The notes under the pieces: generated by a model | What the model saw: the letters and a program-made list of their open reading frames with translations, nothing else | What the model was told of the DNA's origin: nothing | Databases searched by the model: none | Shown here: one piece after another, positions 24,554-25,554 of the stretch | Layout: each line of letters starts with the position of its first letter | Numbering within the stretch: the first letter of the stretch is position 1 | Assembly: GCA_964645485.1 (NCBI GenBank) | Contig: CAZXZO010000022.1 | Coordinates: 1-25,554, forward strand | Source: an uncultured Candidatus Poseidoniales archaeon | GTDB lineage: Archaea; Thermoplasmatota; Poseidoniia; Poseidoniales; Thalassarchaeaceae | Length of the DNA: 25,554 nt | Reading direction: 5' to 3' | Translations under genes and position numbers: made by a program

Positions 24554-25554
24554 ATGACTGACCACCCGTTGAATGAACCTGTCCTTGGTTATGCCCCTAG
24601 AAGCGCTGAGCGAACCGCATTACAGGCTGAACTTGATCGCCAGATGAATGAAATCGTAGAGATACCATGTATCATCAACGGAGAGAAGGTGTTTACCGGA
24701 AACACGACCACTCAAGTCATCCCACACAACCATGGTCATGTATTAGCAAATGTCCACCTTGCAGGCAAGGCTGAAATCGCTGCCGCGTGTGATGCGGCTG
24801 TTAGTGCCCAAAAAGCATGGATTGACCTTGGTCTTGAAGCACGCTGCAATATTTTTGAGAAATGTGCCGCACTATTAGCGGGTGATTGGCGAATGAAAGT
24901 CAATGCGGCCACCATGTTGAACCAGAGTAAAACCTGCTTCCAAGCAGAGATAGATTCTGCCTGTGAATTGATTGACTTTTGGAATTTCAATGCGCATTAT
25001 GCGCGTGGTTTCCACGACCTCTACCAGCCACTTGTTTCACCACAAGGTGTGCAAAATAGCACTGAAATTAGACCTCTCGAAGGATTCGTGTTAGCGATTT
25101 CACCTTTCAACTTCTCAAGCATAGCGGCAAATCTTCCAAGCGCTCCTGCGATTTTGGGGAATACAGCAGTTTGGAAGCCTTCTAGAAACTCATACCATTC
25201 AAATTACGTTTTGATGGAATTAATGATGGAGGCTGGATTACCTGCTGGCGTAATCAACTTCGTGCCGTCATCCGGCCCAGATATCTCAGCAGTTTGCCTA
25301 CCAAATCCTAACTTTGCCGGTGTTCACTTCACCGGCTCAACTGCAACCTTCCAATGGTTGTGGCAAGAAATAGGTGAACAACTACCTAATCTCAAATCTT
25401 ACCCAAGAATTGTTGGTGAGACCGGAGGCAAAGATTTCGTTGTCGCACATCCCGAATGTGATGAGCAGGGATTACTGGTCGCCCTATTGCGCGGCTCTTT
25501 TGAATATCAAGGACAGAAATGTTCTGCCGCTAGCCGAGCCTATATTCCAAAGTC
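24554..25554 (+). CDS. pruA: 1-pyrroline-5-carboxylate dehydrogenase (ALDH4 type), 3'-truncated by the window edge; absent from the ORF track
   Basis: GAGG RBS then ATG 24554: MTDHPLNEPVLGYAP, AATMLNQSKTCFQAEIDSACELIDFW.FN, RPLEGFVLAISPFNF, HFTGST, VGETGGKDF (catalytic Glu), FEYQGQKCSAASR (catalytic Cys). Confidence 0.95.
   Translation, partial: MTDHPLNEPVLGYAPRSAERTALQAELDRQMNEIVEIPCIINGEKVFTGNTTTQVIPHNHGHVLANVHLAGKAEIAAACDAAVSAQKAWIDLGLEARCNIFEKCAALLAGDWRMKVNAATMLNQSKTCFQAEIDSACELIDFWNFNAHYARGFHDLYQPLVSPQGVQNSTEIRPLEGFVLAISPFNFSSIAANLPSAPAILGNTAVWKPSRNSYHSNYVLMELMMEAGLPAGVINFVPSSGPDISAVCLPNPNFAGVHFTGSTATFQWLWQEIGEQLPNLKSYPRIVGETGGKDFVVAHPECDEQGLLVALLRGSFEYQGQKCSAASRAYIPK

Noticed and set aside
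24736-24990. 84-aa minus-strand ORF near the window end
   Set aside because: It is antisense to the clearly recognisable P5C dehydrogenase, which the ORF track missed because it has no stop codon within the window.

Overview
Gene-dense archaeal window, most likely from Marine Group II Euryarchaeota (Ca. Poseidoniales). This assignment is inferred from the Asp/Cys-rich thrombospondin type-3-like (TSP3) surface proteins, the PGF-CTERM tail, the split GMP synthase and the split GcvPA/GcvPB; it is not confirmed by a search. Housekeeping content: tRNA-Asn(GTT), GMP synthase subunit B, purE, gcvPA/gcvPB, gcvT and a 3'-truncated P5C dehydrogenase. Interleaved are four large cell-surface proteins. 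One is a 1726-aa protein with a 7-bladed propeller, a vWA domain inserted in blade 4, an Ig/CARDB stalk, a TM helix and a tail (integrin-alpha-like layout). One is a type-1-copper cupredoxin on an Ig/TSP3 stalk with PGF-CTERM. Two are tandem propeller+TSP3 paralogues with different Trp-rich cytoplasmic tails. Also present are a nucleotide-sugar dehydrogenase and an SDR lacking its catalytic Tyr/Lys. Palindromes with different arms but similar CC-TA(A)-GG-type centres sit just upstream of the three largest surface-protein genes. No CRISPR array, transposase or integrase is visible.
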